A DNA stretch of 64,000 nt from Acidimicrobiia bacterium (lineage in GTDB: Bacteria > Actinomycetota > Acidimicrobiia > Spongiisociales > UBA5794). Where the stretch lies: the NCBI GenBank assembly GCA_029939995.1, contig JAOZRW010000004.1, forward strand, positions 10,831 to 74,830, in the 5' to 3' direction. The translations under genes and the position numbers were made by a program. Positions 62,230 through 64,000 of this stretch are shown one piece after another. A model generated the notes under the pieces. That model saw only the letters and a program-made list of their open reading frames with translations. It did not search any database and had not been told where the DNA came from. How positions within the stretch are numbered: the first letter of the stretch is position 1; every line of letters begins with the position of its first letter.

Positions 62230-64000
62230 TCAGTCCGCCTCGACGATGCCCGCCGCCTCGGCGGCTTCGTCTGCCTCCCGGGCGACCCGTCGACCTTCGG
62301 TCTCGTCGACCCGTACCAGGAGGTAGATCCCCCCGGCGAAGAAGATGATCAGGCCGAGCACGGCGGGTCTCGACGAGCCGAACACCGCGACGGCGGCCAC
62401 GAACAGCAGCGGCCCGATGATCGCTGAGAACTTCGACATCACGGAGAAGAATCCGAAGAACTCCCCGGAGAGCGCCTTGGGTGTCATCGACGCGTACAGG
62501 CTGCGGCTCAACGCCTGGGATCCGCCCTGGACCACCGCGACCATGAACGCCAGGAACCAGAACTCGATGACGCTGTCGAGGAAGAATCCCCACACGGCGA
62601 TCGCCGAGTACACGATGAGGGCGAGGATGATCGTCCGCTTCGTCGTCATCGTGTCGGCCAGGCCTGAGAACAACGGCTTGGCGAGTACCACGGCGATCCC
62701 GAGTCCGACGACCTCAACGATGAACAACAGACCGAGGATCGAGAGCAGCGCGCTCGTTCGCGGCGGCTCCCTGACCGTGGCTTCACCGATCACCATGACG
62801 GTCCCCGTGGAGGCCTCGTCCGCCTCGCCGCTGTTGACGATCTCGAGCAGATGCTCCCCCGCCTGTTCCGCAGCGATGTCGACGTCGACGCCTTCGTGGA
62901 CGGCGGGGTTGTAGCCGTCGATGACGACGGGGTCGCCGTCTTCGATCACGGGCACTCCGTCGATCAGGACGTTCCACTTCGACCGGTTCGGTCCCTCGCT
63001 GTAGTGGAGCCGTACCGTGGTCCCGTTGTATCTCAGGGCGTAGACGGCTCCGACGTCGCTCGTGGAGGCATACTCCCCTTCCTGCTGCCATGAGCCGCGA
63101 AGCTCGACGGCGGAGGAGTCGATCCCGTAGTCGCCCTCACCGACGGCGGTGGCCGTGTCCTCATAGGCGGGGGGACGGGTGCCGGTGATGTCCGCACCGA
63201 GCACGAACTGGCTTCCGATGCCGACCAGCGGAAGCATGATCAGGTTCCACACGACGAACGCGAGGAAGAACGCCCGCTTCGACTCGTCCTTCGACGGGAT
63301 CTTCCCGAACACGATGGAGAACGGGATCCCGACGAACTGGACGAGGAGGATCGCGGCGATCAACTCGATCGAGCCGAAGCCGAGTTCGGCGCCGTAGATG
63401 ACGGCCACGCCGATGATGGTCCCGATCCCGTCGTTGTAGATGAGGTAGGAGATGAGGTACTTGAGCAGTTCCCGGTAGCTGCGCAGGTGGCTGAACGTGT
63501 CGCCGAGGCGTCGGAAGGTGACCGACAGGATGCCGCCCGCTTCGGTCGCCACCGCCGCCGGCGGTTCCGGTACGCGCCGCATGATCGGGATGGAGAACAC
63601 GATCCACCAGATCGCCACGGAGAGGAACGACAGCCGCGTTCCGAGCGAGTTGCCGAGGGTGAAGATCATCACGATGTTGATCGCGAGGAGCAGGCCACCG
63701 CCGAGGTACCCGACCGCGTATCCGAGGCTCGACACGCGGTCCAGGTCGCCTTCCCGGGCGACGTGGGGCAGCAGGGCCTCGTAGAACACGTTCCCGGTGG
63801 CGAATCCGATCCTGGCGACGATGAAGGCGAGCGATGCGATCAGCCAGTCGCCGGTTCCTACGAAGACGAGGGACGAAACGCCGAGGGCGCCGACGAGGAT
63901 GGAGACGGTGAGCAGTTTCTTCTTGCCTCGCTTGAGGTCGGAGATCGTTCCGAGGATCGGCGAGAGGATGGCGACGATGATCAGCGAGATGGAGAGCGTC
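62230..64000 (-). CDS. MFS transporter, UMF1 (Atg22-like) family, with inserted extracytoplasmic domain; 5' end beyond the window
   Basis: The reading frame stays open to the right edge (…TLSISLIIVAILSPILGTISDLKRGKKKLL…NVFYEALLPHVAREG…), so the track Met at 63789 is internal. About 150 non-hydrophobic residues are inserted between TM helices (62752..63198). Confidence 0.8.
   Translation of the reverse strand, partial: TLSISLIIVAILSPILGTISDLKRGKKKLLTVSILVGALGVSSLVFVGTGDWLIASLAFIVARIGFATGNVFYEALLPHVAREGDLDRVSSLGYAVGYLGGGLLLAINIVMIFTLGNSLGTRLSFLSVAIWWIVFSIPIMRRVPEPPAAVATEAGGILSVTFRRLGDTFSHLRSYRELLKYLISYLIYNDGIGTIIGVAVIYGAELGFGSIELIAAILLVQFVGIPFSIVFGKIPSKDESKRAFFLAFVVWNLIMLPLVGIGSQFVLGADITGTRPPAYEDTATAVGEGDYGIDSSAVELRGSWQQEGEYASTSDVGAVYALRYNGTTVRLHYSEGPNRSKWNVLIDGVPVIEDGDPVVIDGYNPAVHEGVDVDIAAEQAGEHLLEIVNSGEADEASTGTVMVIGEATVREPPRTSALLSILGLLFIVEVVGLGIAVVLAKPLFSGLADTMTTKRTIILALIVYSAIAVWGFFLDSVIEFWFLAFMVAVVQGGSQALSRSLYASMTPKALSGEFFGFFSVMSKFSAIIGPLLFVAAVAVFGSSRPAVLGLIIFFAGGIYLLVRVDETEGRRVAREADEAAEAAGIVEAD

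Overview
High-GC (about two-thirds G+C by eye) bacterial chromosome segment. Gene content and order match the conserved housekeeping core of Actinomycetota. A class-level guess such as Acidimicrobiia is only an inference. I call about 70 protein genes, most on the minus strand. They lie in long co-directional arrays, and many neighbours share 4-nt ATGA/GTGA stop/start overlaps. Main blocks, left to right:
- ribF-truB-nrnA-rbfA-DUF503-infB-nusA-rimP and proS
- a secreted trypsin-like protease
- ispG-rseP-dxr-cdsA-frr-pyrH-tsf-rpsB
- whiG/fliA-type sigma, xerC, dprA, comM
- yraN, DUF2469, lepB, rplS, trmD
- rnc-plsX-rpmF-yceD-sepIVA-coaD-rsmD-recG
- rpmB, ddl, fabI
- a RecB-like nuclease, DUF488 and AdnA-AdnB double-strand-break helicase-nuclease block
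- dtd with a penicillin-acylase-like gene
- transporters and sugar/nucleoside genes

I saw no rRNA, tRNA, CRISPR array, transposase, integrase-bearing island or prophage. Many long ORFs in the six-frame track are Arg/Gly/Pro-rich antisense or read-through artefacts of the GC bias. Several true starts are internal (GTG/ATG next to a Shine-Dalgarno or overlapping the upstream stop).

The most interesting signals are non-coding or very small:
1. A 530-nt gene-free gap (44076..44607) looks like it encodes a roughly 300-nt RNA on the minus strand. It has its own promoter, several GNRA-capped hairpins, repeated GGAAC(G) motifs and a terminator-shaped 3' end.
2. A family of strictly intergenic repeats sharing a GCGAACCCAGGG head occurs at six loci (eight units). 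Two loci are about 110-nt inverted-repeat hairpin elements. Three are single units placed just 3' of a gene in the same orientation.
3. A 52-codon FlgM-like (anti-sigma-28 C-terminal domain) micro-ORF is GTGA-coupled to a CoA-transferase gene. The same window carries a FliA/WhiG sigma factor.

Lesser oddities:
- a DUF488 gene with no canonical start codon, wedged into the nuclease/AdnAB operon
- a roughly 360-aa acidic extension on CdsA
- a TM-domain-TM cassette inserted in an MFS transporter
- an orphan PD-(D/E)XK-like protein
- a signal-less penicillin-acylase homologue coupled to dtd

All functional calls rest on motifs I recognise in the translations. No database search was run.
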